A program made the position numbers and the translations under genes. Source: Octopus sinensis (Eukaryota). From it: a DNA stretch of 64,000 nt. Numbering within the stretch: the first letter of the stretch is position 1; each line of letters begins with the position of its first letter. The stretch is from contig NW_021832392.1 in assembly GCF_006345805.1 (NCBI RefSeq), forward strand, positions 3,815 through 67,814. The letters run 5' to 3'. Below, piece after piece: positions 26,145 to 39,094 of the stretch. The notes beneath the pieces were generated by a model. That model searched no databases, was not told where the DNA came from, and saw only the letters and a program-made list of their open reading frames with translations.

Positions 26145-27135
26145 CAAATCGTCAATGAAGAAGCAGACCGAACTGAACTCCAGTCTGATCTATATGCTGT
26201 GAGTCAATGGGCAGACAGAAACAAAATGCAACTGAACGAGGGAAAATTTGAGCTGATGCATTTTGGAAGAAACTCCTCACTAAAACAGCCATACTCTCTT
26301 CCTTCAGGGGAACCGCTCACAGCCTCTGACAATATCAGAGACCTGGGTGTAATTGTTGATGACGATCTCAGTTGGAGTGCACACATCAACAAGAAGGTCG
26401 ATATAGCTCGTAGGATGAGTTCCTGGATCTTAAGAACTTTCCGGTCCAGAGAACAAGGTGTCATCATATCACTTTTTTCCTCCTTTGTACGGCCACACCT
26501 TGAATACTGCTGCCCACTGTGGTCTCCTCACACAAGACAAAACATCTCCAGAATTGAGTCACCCCAGAGGGCACTCACTAAACGCATTGAAGGCATGGCT
26601 GCTCTCGATTATTGGGATCGCCTTAAAGCCTTGAAACTTTACTCCCTCCAGCGTCGCCGTGAGCGGTACATCATTTGTACGATGTGGAAAATATACCGTC
26701 AACTTTGCCCAAACGACCTAAACATTAGCTTCAAGTTCATCCAAGACTTGGACCACGGGCTATACGTCCCCTGCCCAATTCAAGATCACAACATACATGT
26801 ACACTGCAGCACAATTTCTTTTCCTCAACAGGCCCTGCCCTATTTAACATTGTCCCGAGAGAGATCAAAGAGGAAAAGGATCCCATCAACTTTAAACAGA
26901 GTCTGGATAGATTCCTTCAAAGAATACCAGATAAGCCACCCATAATTGGATATAACTCACCCAACAAGAACTCACTACTTGAACAAAACTGGATACAACT
27001 CACCCAACAAGAACTCACTACTTGAACAAAACTTGACTTAAACAGGATTCGAATAATCCTATCAGGTGGTGCTATTAAGTTAGACATGGCCTGGACCAAT
27101 CTTTGTTCGAAACATATCTAAGTTTATCTAAGTTT
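26145..27135 (+). mobile_element. Duplicate of the LINE fragment at 22355-23340
   Basis: Same translation and junctions; it lacks one 16-bp 3'-UTR duplication present in the first copy. Confidence 0.88.
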
Positions 27136-27170
27136 ATATATATATATATATTATATATATATATATATAT

Positions 27171-27212
<42 letters not shown>

Positions 27213-27299
27213 ATACATATACAACATGAGAAAATGGAGAAATACATCTAATCATTAATCATTATCAGATAATACTTTATTAAACCCTGTCTCAATTTG

Positions 27300-27342
<43 letters not shown>

Positions 27343-28383
27343 CAGTTACGCAATGGCGTCGATATAATCGCCTTAATCCGTATGTCTGTCTTTGTTTGTC
27401 CCCTCTGTGTTTAGCCTCTTATGGGTAGTAAAGAAATAGGTATTTCGGCTGCCGCTACGCTCTGAGTTCAAATTCCGCCGAGGTCGACTTTGCCTGCTAT
27501 TTCTAGCATATGGATATCCTTCTTGAAGGCCTGATCGATTTGCTTGACTAAATGCGGTGCTCCAGCATGGCCACAATTAAATGACTGAAACAAGTAAAAT
27601 AAAAGAACATATATATATATATATATATGTTTTGATTTTCCTTGTTTCAGTCATTTGACTGTGGCCATGCTGGAGCACCGCATTTAGTCGAGCAAATCAA
27701 TCCCAAGACATTATCTTTAAGCCTAGCGGTTCTTGTCAAGCGATGTTGGAGGGTGAGGGGAAACAGACACACACACTCACACACACATATATGTATACAT
27801 TTATATACGATGGGCTTCTTTCAGTTTCCATCTACCAAATCTATTCATACATACACACACACAAACACAGACACACATGTGTGTTTTCATTTCTGTGTCT
27901 GCGTGCGCGCGAATTTCCAGTTCATTGTTTGTGCGTGTGTGTGTGTGTGTGCGCGCGCGCTAGTGTATGCGTGTGGGCGTGTGTGTGTGGGTGTGTAACT
28001 GTGTATTTTCATTTGTGTGTGTGTGTGTTTGTCCGTATGTGTGTGTGCGTGTGTGAGTGTGAGTGTGTCTGAGTATTTTCATTTCTGTGTGTGTTTATGA
28101 CTGGTTTTAATTATGTGTGCGTGTGTATTTTCGTTTCTGTGTGTGAGTGTTTCAGTGTGTAACTGTGCATTTTCAATTTTGTGCATGAATGTGTGTGAGT
28201 GTTTGTGTGTGTGTCGTTACGCACGCACGCACTGGTGTCGAAAGGCACAAACGCACACATACACACACGCAATTGAAAATACAGTCACACACGCACAGAC
28301 ACGCACACACACACACACACAACACACACACACACGCGCACACACACACACAAACACACACACACACACACACAAAAACACAC

Positions 28384-28421
<38 letters not shown>

Positions 28422-28728
28422 ACACATATATATACATTTCAAAATAGAAAATTGCCCATTAACAGGTAATTTTTACATGCTAGAAATAGCAGCCAAACTT
28501 TGCCACGATCCTTCATTTTCTAGCAAATTTTCAAGTCCATGAAAAATAAAAACCTTTATCTAGTTAAATATCTTGTTAAATATATACAACTACATATATA
28601 TATATACACACACACACAATATATATATATATATATACATACTTATGGAGAAATACATCTAAATCAAATATCAATTATCAGATAATACTTTATTAAACCC
28701 TATATCAATTTGTATATATATATACATA

Positions 28729-28782
<54 letters not shown>

Positions 28783-28880
28783 GGGCAAAGGAAAATCCTT
28801 CATTTTCTAGCAAATTTTCAAGTCCATGAAAAATAAAAACCTTTATCTAGTTAAATATCTTGTTAAATATATACAACTAC

Positions 28881-28917
<37 letters not shown>

Positions 28918-28939
28918 AGTATATATATATATACATACT

Positions 28940-28977
<38 letters not shown>

Positions 28978-29066
28978 CAAGATGAGAAAATGGAGAAATA
29001 CATCTAAATCAAATATCAATTATCAGATAATACTTTATTAAACCCTATATCAATTTGTATATATAT

Positions 29067-29111
<45 letters not shown>

Positions 29112-29114
<3 letters not shown>

Positions 29115-29291
29115 GGGCAAAGGAAAATGATTGCGTCTCTCATAGCCTCTCCTCTCCAGGTGTAATGATCGCTGCAGAACTTCTACCTGGCTGCGCCTTG
29201 CGGAAAGTTCTTGCTTATGGCCTCTCCTGCACTACTGTGTCCACAGCAGCACCTTCACGCGGTACCCCCTGTTCTCACTGAGCCTGCTGTG
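29112..29291 (+). ncRNA. Putative HDV-like (CPEB3-type) self-cleaving ribozyme at the RTE 5' end
   Basis: P1 GGGGGGC 29112-18 / ACCCCCT 29264-70; P2 CACAGCAG(C) 29242-50 / (G)(C)CTGCTGTG 29282-91; P3 ACC/GGT; L3 TTCACGC; GT after P1; J4/2 CTGA 29278-81. Confidence 0.75.
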
Positions 29292-29852
29292 TGGCGCGAC
29301 CGGGTGCTTGGCGGTATAACCGGGTGGGCAGACTGGGCTCGTTAGCCTTGGTTGACAGCCAGTCTAGGAGAAGGAAAACTCTGACTCCAAACCCTCGCTC
29401 CGCTGCCTTGCGGATGCTCTTGGGAGAGGGAAAGGCTATGGGAGTAAACCCAGACAGAAAATCCGGAGTGGAGCCCTGAAGGCGGTAGGGTGTCGAATCT
29501 CGACCCTTTTCCGGCAACTCCTGCAGCCAACCAGACTCCAAACGTACTGCACTGCATTCCTTTGGATTATGTCTGGGGGCCCGAGAGGGAGATTCTGGTG
29601 TCTGGGCAGCCCAGTGTCTTCGTTCCTACCGCCCAGGCTTGCGCCATGGAGAAACTACTCCATCGATGGAACAAGCTGAGATGGCAGTTACGAGTTTTAA
29701 GCCAGGGTGAATTGGCGTAATCCCGGGCGCTACGGGTCTCTAACGGTGGGAGGGATCATTGAAGTCCCACTGGTCAGCTACCGCCCGCCGTAAGCTGGGC
29801 AGCCCCCGGCCAATAATGGTGCTAAGCCGCCACAGACTGCCCGCTTCAATGG

Positions 29853-32800
29853 GTGCTTGGAGCTAGGACAAAATCTGAAAAGCAGACTGAAAACCCTGCA
29901 CCAGCAAACAAAGGAAAAACAAATACCCAGTCTCCAGTCTTGCGACTGGCCACCTGGAATGTCAGGACCATGTGCCCTGGCATCATTGACGATCTACGAC
30001 AGATGAACGACAGTAGGAAGACAGCAGTCATCAACACCGAATTGAAAAGGCTGAACATCGACATAGCGGCGCTGCAAGAGACCAGGCTCGCCGCAGACGG
30101 CATGCTACGGGAGAAGGACTACACCTTCTACTGGCAGGGGAGACCCGTCGAGGAGGCCCGCCAGCATGGCGTGGGGTTTGCCGTGAGGAACAGCTTGCTC
30201 CCCATGGCGATCCCTCCTTCAAATGGCTCAGAGCGCATCCTCACTCTTGGCCTTGCAACATCAACGGGGAAGGTAAACATAATTAGTGCTTATGCCCCAA
30301 CACTCCACTCTCCTCAGAAAATAAAAGACCGGGTCTATGAGGAGCTCGGCGCCACCATCAGCCAGATACCAGGGTCGGAGCCCATCTTCCTTCTGGGCGA
30401 CTTCAACGCAAGGGTGGGATGATTCGATCATGGGGCATGGCCAGACTGCCTTGGACGCTTTGGCGTGGGGAAGATGAATGAGAATGGCCAGAGACTGTTG
30501 GAGCTTTGCTCTTACCGGAAACTCTGCGTTACCAACACATTCTTCACGACTAAGCCACAACACCGGGTCTCATGGAGGCACCCAAGGTCCGGACACTGGC
30601 ACCAACTGGACATGGTCATCACCCGGCGAGCCCACCTCGGCAGTGTGCTTCTCACACGCAGCTACCATGGTGCTGACTGTGATACAGACCACTCTCTGGT
30701 GTGCAGTAGGGTCCGATTGGCCCCAAAGAAAATCCGCCGTCCCGTAGGGAAAAGCCGCCCACGCATCAACACCGCCAGGACAACCAACCCCGACCTCCGC
30801 TCGGAATTCACCAACCGCATGGAGGAGGCCCTTAAAGATCACGCAGCCACGTCCATCGAGGAGAGATGGCAGCTTATTCGCGACACCACTTGCAGAATAG
30901 TCATGTCATCCCTAGGAAAGAGGGAGCGGAGAAATCAAGACTGGTTTGAGGCTCACCTGCCTGAGATGGAGCCTGTCATTGCTGCCAAGAGGGAAGCACT
31001 GGTCAACTATAAGCGCGACCCATCAGAAAAGAACCTGGCTACTCTAAGAACAGCCAGAAGTGACGCCCAGAGGACGGCCAGACGTTGCGCCAACATCTAC
31101 TGGCAGAACCTATGCCAGAACATCCAGTGCTGTGCTGACAGTGGTAACGTGAAAGGGATGTACGAGGGGATGAAGAAAGCATTCAGGCCCACTGTCAGCA
31201 AGGTTGCTTTACTGAAGGACCAAGCGAAGCAGATAGAGAGGTGGGTCGAGCATTACCAGAACCTCTACTCCACTGAGAATGTGGTCACCAGGTCTGCCCT
31301 CGCCGGCATTCCTGCTCTGCCTGTCATGGAGGAGCTTGACCTGCCTCCAACAAAGGAAGAACTGAGCAAAGCAATTGACTCACTCGCTCGGGGCAAGGCA
31401 CCAGGGCAAGACGGCATCCCCGCAGAAGTCATCCAGTGCGGGAAGCCAGCCCTTCTGGGCCATCTCCACGAGCTGCTCTGTCAGTGCTGGGCGGAGGGCT
31501 CTGTCCCTAAGGATATGCGTGACGCAAACATCATCACACTGTATAAAAACAAAGGGGACAGAAGCGACTGTAATAATTACAAGGGCATATCCCTGCTCAG
31601 CACTGTCGGTAAGGCATTTGCCAGGGTGGTCCTGAAGAGGTTGCAAATGCTTGCAGAGCGTGTGTACCCCGAGTCTCAGTCTGGCTTTAGGGCAGAGAGG
31701 TCTACAATCGACATGATCTTCTCACTCAGGCAGCTTCAAGAAAAGAGTCGAGAACAGAGACAGCCCCTATACGTGGCCTTCATCGACCTGGCTAAGGCGT
31801 TCGACTCAGTCAGCAGGGAGGGGCTGTTTGCGCTCCTGGGTAGGATATGTTGCCCTCCCAGACTGCTGAAACTCATCACCTCCTTTCACGATACGGTATG
31901 CAGGGAACAGTGCAGTTTGACGGATTGCCCTCGGAGTCGTTCGCCATCCAGAGTGGAGTGAAACAGGGTTGCCTTCTGGCGCCGACGCTCTTCGGAATTT
32001 TCTTCTCCCTTGTCCTGTCCTATGCCTTCAGAACGTCCGACGACGGAGTGTTCCTCCACACCAGGGCTGATGGTGGGTTGTTCAATCTTGCGCGCCTCAG
32101 AGCTAAGACCAAAGTCCGTCAGGTGCTGATCAGAGAGATCCTCTTTGCTGACGATGCCGCCCTAACATCACACAACCAGCCGGGTCTCCAGAGGCTGTTC
32201 AGCTCCCTGGCGGATGCCTGCCAAGAGTTCGGCCTTACCATCGGCCTGAAAAAGACAGAGATCATGGGCCAGGACGTCGGAGGGGTCCCCAGCATCAGTG
32301 TCGGCGACCACAGCTTGCAGGTGGTGAACGAGTTCACTTACCTGGGATCGACGGTCTCCAGCAGCCTGTCCCTCGAGCCGGAGCTGAACAGACGGATTGG
32401 GAGGGCTGCTGCTGCTGCCATGGCTAAGCTCTCCAGGAGAGTGTGGGAAAACAACATGCTCACAATAACCACCAAGATCGCAGTGTACCGAGCCTGCGTG
32501 CTGAGCACCCTACTCTACGGCAGCGAGAGCTGGACAACATACACCCGGCAGGAATGCCGCCTCAGCGGCTTCCACATGCGGTGTCTTCGACGGATCCTTG
32601 GCATCTCCTGGAAGGACCGAGTACCAAACGGAGTCATCCTGGAACAGACTAATATGCCAAGCATGCATGCCCTCCTCGTGCGGAGACGACTGCGCTGGCT
32701 CGGACACGTCTGCCGCATGCAGGACGGTCGCATGCCTAAAGACATCCTGTACAGCAAACTCACCACGGGATCCCGACCCAAGGGACGTCCACAGCTACGA

Positions 32801-33079
32801 TACAGGGATGTGTGCAAGCGCGACCTGAGGACTGCCAACATCTGTGTGGACACGTGGGAGGTAACAGCTGCTGACCGCTCTGCCTGGCATCGGACAGTGA
32901 GGAAAGGCGTTTCCATGGCTGAGGAAAGGAGAGCACAGCCGTGGTCGGACAGGCGGAGGACAACTGCAGCAACACCCCACACGTACCCATCGATGTTCGT
33001 GTGCAGCAACTGTACCAGGGACTGCCACTCTAGAATTGGACTGTTCAGTCACAGCAGACGCAGCACATCATCAAAGTAG
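29853..33079 (+). pseudogene. RTE polyprotein (AP endonuclease, reverse transcriptase, C-terminal Cys/His finger)
   Basis: Motifs are ATWNVRT, ALQETR, LGDFNARVG, DTDH, FIDLAKAFDSV, KQGCLLAPTLF, LFADD and CSNCTRDCHSRIGLFSH. Lesions are an in-frame TGA at 30420-30422 and a 2-nt insertion at ~31893. Confidence 0.93.
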
Positions 33080-33265
33080 GCCCCACACTTGGCGCAACCC
33101 ATTGTCTATCAAGACAGACGGGGAGAAGAGAAGAGATATATATACATACATATACAACATGAGAAAATGGAGAAATACTTTATTACACCCTATATCAATT
33201 TGTATATATATACATATTATATATATATATATTATAATTTATTTATATATATATATATATTATAT

Positions 33266-33296
<31 letters not shown>

Positions 33297-33366
33297 TTAT
33301 TTATAATATATATATATATATATATATATTATTTATATATTATATATATATATATATTTATTTATA

Positions 33367-33428
<62 letters not shown>

Positions 33429-34820
33429 CAGTTACGCAATGGGGTCGATATAATCGCCTTAATCCGTATGTCTGTCTTTGTTTGTCCCCTCTGTTTTTAG
33501 CCTCTTGTGGGTAGTAAAGAAATAGCTATTTCATCTGCCGCTACGCTCTGAGTTCAAATTCCGCCGAGGTCGACTTTGCCTGCTATTTCTAGCATATGGA
33601 CAGCCTTCTTGAAGGCCTGATCGATTTGCTTGACTAAATGCGGTGCTCCAGCATGGCCACAGTCAAATGACTGAAACAAGTAAAATAAAAGAACATATAT
33701 ATATATATATGTTTTGATTTTCCTTGTTTCAGTCATTTGACTGTGGCCATGCTGGAGCACCGCATTTAGTCGAGCAAATCAATCCCAAGACATTATTTTT
33801 AACCCTAGCGGTTCTTGTCAAGCGATGTTGGAGGGGGGAGGGGGGTAAACAGACACACACACTCACACACACATATATGTATACATTTATATACGATGGG
33901 CTTCTTTCAGTTTCCATCAACTAAATCTATTCATACATACACACACACAAACACACACACATATGTGTGTTTTCATTTCTGTGTCTGCGTGCGCGCGTGT
34001 TTCCAGTTCATTACTTGTACGTGTGTGTGTGTGTGTGTGTGTGTGTGTTGTGTGTGTGCGCGCGCTAGTGTATGCGTGTGAGCGTGTGTGTGTGAGTGTG
34101 TAACTGTGTATTTTCCTTTTTTTTGTGTGTGTGTGTGGTGTTTGTCCGTATGCATGTGTGCATGTGTGAGTGTGAGTGTGTGTGAGTATTTTCATTTCAG
34201 TGTGTATGTGTGACTGTTTTTATTTATGTGTGCGTGTGTATTTTCGTTTCTGTGTGTGAGTGTTTGAGTGTGTAACTGTGCATTTTCAATTTTGTGTGTG
34301 TATGCTTGTGGGCGTTTGTGTGTGTGTCGTTACGCACGCACTGGTGTCGAAAGGCACAAACGCACACATACACACACACAATTGAAAATACAGTCACACA
34401 CGCACACACCTTTTCCCTGAGTTGCTTAGCAACGGGTAATAATAGAGAAGAATAGTTTTATATTGAGAGAGAGAGAGAAACTTATATGTTGTATAGTGAG
34501 TTAAATACAGACAGACAGACAGACAGAGAGAGGTAGACAGAGAGAGAGGGGTAGACAGAGAGAGAGAAGAAGGCCTTAAGTACTGATGAAATTAAATGGC
34601 GTGAGTGGGGTGGGTCAGCAAAAGATACAGAAAATTCAGGTATCCTGTCAACAGAAACTTTGCATTTCCAATTCTGTCTCAGATACAATCTAACTTTACA
34701 ATGGCAAACGAAATGAAATGTATATTTCAAGTCAGCGATAATCGGAAGATTTTAAAAATACACGCAGACAAACACACACACACACACACACACGCACACA
34801 CACACACACACACGCACACA

Positions 34821-34853
<33 letters not shown>

Positions 34854-35333
34854 TTGAAAATACAGTCACACACGCACACACCTTTTCCCTGAGTTGCTTA
34901 GCAACGGGTAATAATAGAGAAAAATAGTTTTATATTGAGAGAGAGAGAAACTTATGTTAGATAGTGAGTTAAATACAGACAGAGAGAGAGTTTAAAAGAC
35001 AGAGAGAGAGAGAGAGAGAGAGACATACATATGTACATAGATACATATATATATATATATATTTATATATATAGATATATAGATATATAGATATATTTAT
35101 ATATATTTAAATATATATATATATATATATGTATGTATATTTCAAAATAGAAAATTACCCTTTAACAGGCAATTTTTACATGCTAGAAATAGCAGCAAAG
35201 ATTGCTACGATCCATTATTTTCTGGCAAATTTTGAAGTACATGAAAAATAAAGACCTTTATTTTTTTATATATGTATATATATATACATCTACATATATA
35301 TATATACACACACACACATATGTATAGATATAT

Positions 35334-35401
<68 letters not shown>

Positions 35402-35478
35402 CATAATATATAAATATATATATATAAATATAATATATATATATAATATATATATATATATAAATACATAATATATAA

Positions 35479-35511
<33 letters not shown>

Positions 35512-35534
35512 ATATATAATATACATAAATTATA

Positions 35535-35587
<53 letters not shown>

Positions 35588-35600
35588 CATAAATATATAA

Positions 35601-35652
<52 letters not shown>

Positions 35653-35672
35653 CATAAATATATAATATATAT

Positions 35673-35720
<48 letters not shown>

Positions 35721-36300
35721 TATATATAGGCGCAGGAGTGGCTGTGTGGTAAGTAGCTTGTCTACCAACCACATGGTTGCGGGTTCAGTCCCACTGAGTG
35801 TGTATTTGTGTGTCTGTGTTTGTCCCCTAGCATTGCTTGACAACCGATGCTGGTGTGCTTATGTCCCCGATCGGCAAGAGAGACCGATAGAATAAGTACT
35901 GGGATTGCAAAAGAATAAGTCCCGGGGTCGAGTTGTTCGACTAATGGCGGTGCTCCAGCATGGCCGCAGTCAAATGACTGAAACAAGTAAAAGAAAAGAA
36001 TAAAAGAATATATATATGTACCAGTTTCGCACTAGGGTCGATGTAATCGACTTAATCCCTTTGTCTGTCCTTGTTTGTCCCCTCTATGTTTAGCCCCTTG
36101 TGGGTAGTAAATATATAGATATATAGATATTTCAAAATAGAAAATTACGCTTTAACAGGTAATCTCTACATGCTAGAAGTAGCAACAAAATCTTGGCACG
36201 ATCCATTATTTTCTGGCAAATTTTGAAGTCCATGAAAAATAAAAATCTTTATCTTGTTTTATATATATATATATATATATATACATCTACATATATATAT

Positions 36301-36352
<52 letters not shown>

Positions 36353-36354
36353 GT

Positions 36355-38265
36355 ACCAGTTACGCACTGGAGTCGATATAATCGCCGTATGTCTGTCCTT
36401 GTTTGTCCCCTCTGTGTTTAGCCTCTTGTGAGTAGTAAAGAAATAGGTATTTTGTCTGCCGCTACGTTCTGTGTTCAAATTCCCCCGAGGTCGACCTTGC
36501 TTTTCATTCTTTCGGGGTCGATTAAATAAGTACCAGTTACGCACTGCGGTCAATATAATCGACTTAATACTTATGTCTGTCGTTGCTTGTCTTCTCGGTG
36601 TTTAGCCCCTTGCGGGTAGTAAAGAAATTGGTATGTTGTCTGCCACTACGGTCTGAGTTCAAATTCCGCCGAGGTCGACTTTGACTTCCATCCTTCGGGG
36701 TCGATAAATTAAGTACCAGTTACTACGCACTGGGGTCATTATAATCGATTTAATCCGTTTGTCTGTCCTTGTTTTTCCCCCCTGTGTTTAGCCCCTTGTG
36801 GGTAGTAAAGAAATAGGTATTTCGTCTGCCGCTACCCTACCCACACGCACACACACCACACACACACACACCACACACACACACACATATATATATATAT
36901 AAATAAATAAGTACGGTGTTTAGCCCATTGTCGCTACTGTCTGAGTTCAAATTCCGCCGAGGTCGACTTTGCCTTTCATCCTTCGGGGTCGATAAATTAA
37001 CATATACACAAAGACAGACAGACACACACACACACGCACATACATACATACATACATACATAGAAACATACATACATACATACATACATACTTACATACA
37101 TACATAAGTCAGAGAGAGAGTGCCGCTACATTGTTGCTCAGTATCCTAGAAATAGCAACCAAATCACCCTGTGATTACCTAACCCTTGTACATAGATGAT
37201 AGTTGTGATTATCCCAGTCGTATTACCTGCTCATTTACGGCTGTCAGAGTTAGACAATAATTAATTTACTACACAGCTGTAATCGATGTAATCGACTTAA
37301 TCCCTTTGTCTGTCCTTGTTTGTCCCCTCTGTGTGTAGCCCCTTGTGGTAGTAAAGAAATAGGTATTTCGTCTGCTGTTATGTTCTGAGTTCAAATTTCG
37401 CCGAGGTCGACTTTACCTAGTCATTGCAGGGTCGATAAATAAAGTACCAGTTGCGCACTGGAGTCGATGTAATCGACTTAATCCCTTTGTCTGTCCTTGT
37501 TTGTCCCCTCTGTGTGTAGCCCCTTGTGGGTAGTAAAGAAATAGTTATTTCGTCTGCTATTACGTTCTGAGTTCAAGTTCCACCGAGGTCGACTTTGCCG
37601 TTCATCATTTCAGGGTCGATAAATAAAGTACCAGTTTCGCACTGGAGTCGATGTAATCGACTTAATCCCTTTGTCTGTCCTTGTTTGTCCCCTCTGTGTT
37701 TAGCCACTTGTGGGTAGTAAAGAAATAGGTATTTCGTCTGTCGTTCCGTTCTGAGTTCAAATTCCGCCGAGGTCGACTTTACCTTTCATCATTTCAGGGT
37801 CGATAATTTGGGTACCAGTTACGCACTGGGGTCGATGTAATCGACTTAATCCGTTTGTCTGTCCCCTCTGTGTTTAGCCCCTTGTGGGTAGTAAAGAAAT
37901 AGGTATATTACGTCTGCGGTTACGTCCTGAGTTCAAATTCCGCCGACGTCGACTTTGCCTCTCATCATTTCAGGGTCGATAAATAAAGTACCAGTTACGC
38001 ACTGGGGTCGATATAATCGCCTTAATCAGTATGTCTGTCATTGTTTGTCCCCTGTGCGTTTAGCCCCTTGTGGGTAGTTAAGAAATAGGTATTTTGTCTG
38101 CCGCTCCGCTCTGAGTTCAAATTCCGCCGAGGTCGGCCTTGCTTTTCATTCGTTCGGGGTCGATTATAAAAGTACCAGTTACGCACTGGGGTCAATATAA
38201 TCGACTTAATACCTTTGTCTGTCTTTGTTTGTCTTCTGGGTGTTTAGCTCATTGTGGGTGATAAA
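36355..38265 (+). repeat. Head-to-tail arrays of a ~180-bp 5'-truncated SINE with a Meta-domain-like core (36355-36835; 37285-38265)
   Basis: The unit is GGTATTTCGTCTGCCGCTACGTTCTGAGTTCAAATTCC (B-box) GCCGAGGTCGACTTTGCCTTTCATCCTTCGGGGTCGATAAATTAAGTACCAG...GTAGTAAAGAAATA. TACCAG recurs at ~37446, 37629, 37813, 37989 and 38173. Confidence 0.85.
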
Positions 38266-38425
38266 GCCGCTACTGTCTGAGTTCAAATTCCGCCGAGGTC
38301 GACTTTGCCTTTCATCCTTCGGGGTCGATAAATTAACATATACACAAAGACAGACAGACACACACACACACACGCACATACATACATACACACATACATA
38401 GAAACATACATACATACATACATAC

Positions 38426-38456
<31 letters not shown>

Positions 38457-38630
38457 AGTCAGAGAGAGAGTGCCGCTACATTGTTGCTCAGTATCCTAGA
38501 AATAGCAACCAAATCACCCTGTGATTACCTAACCCTTGTACATAGATGATAGTTGTGATTATCCCAGTCGTATTACCTGCTCATTTACGGCTGTCAGAGT
38601 TAGACAATAATTCATTTGCTACACAGCTAA
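36930..38630. repeat. ~360-bp direct duplication (36930-37275 / 38265-38630) bracketing the second SINE array
   Basis: Both contain AACATATACACAAAGACAGACAG...GTGCCGCTACATTGTTGCTCAG...GAGTTAGACAATAA. Confidence 0.85.
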
Positions 38631-38830
38631 TCGAGTGAACTAATGTTAAAAATCTTAACCAAGAATAAAAATTACAACCATTGTTGGACTTATTTTATCG
38701 TACTTTCGTTAGCTTTGGCTGCTATTTCTAGCATATGGATAGCCTTCTTGACGGCCTGATCGATTTGCTCGACTAAAGGCGGTGCTCCAGCATGGCCACT
38801 TCCAAATGACTGAAACAAGTAAAATAAAAT

Positions 38831-38878
<48 letters not shown>

Positions 38879-38908
38879 AACATATATATATATATATATA
38901 TATACATA

Positions 38909-38955
<47 letters not shown>

Positions 38956-39094
38956 TAACACAACTATTCACATATATACATATAAATTAACACAACTATT
39001 ATCTAAGTTGTCAAGCGATGTTCGGGGGGAGGGACAAACAGACACACACATATATATATATATATTTATTTATATACGACGGGCTTATTTCAGT

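Larger units (their letters stand above)
29112..33135 (+). mobile_element. Full-length RTE/BovB-type LINE
   Basis: A ~740-bp 5' UTR precedes a single APE-RT ORF, followed by a short 3' UTR ending in GAGAAGAGAAGAGA. Both flanks are (AT)-rich. Confidence 0.93.
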
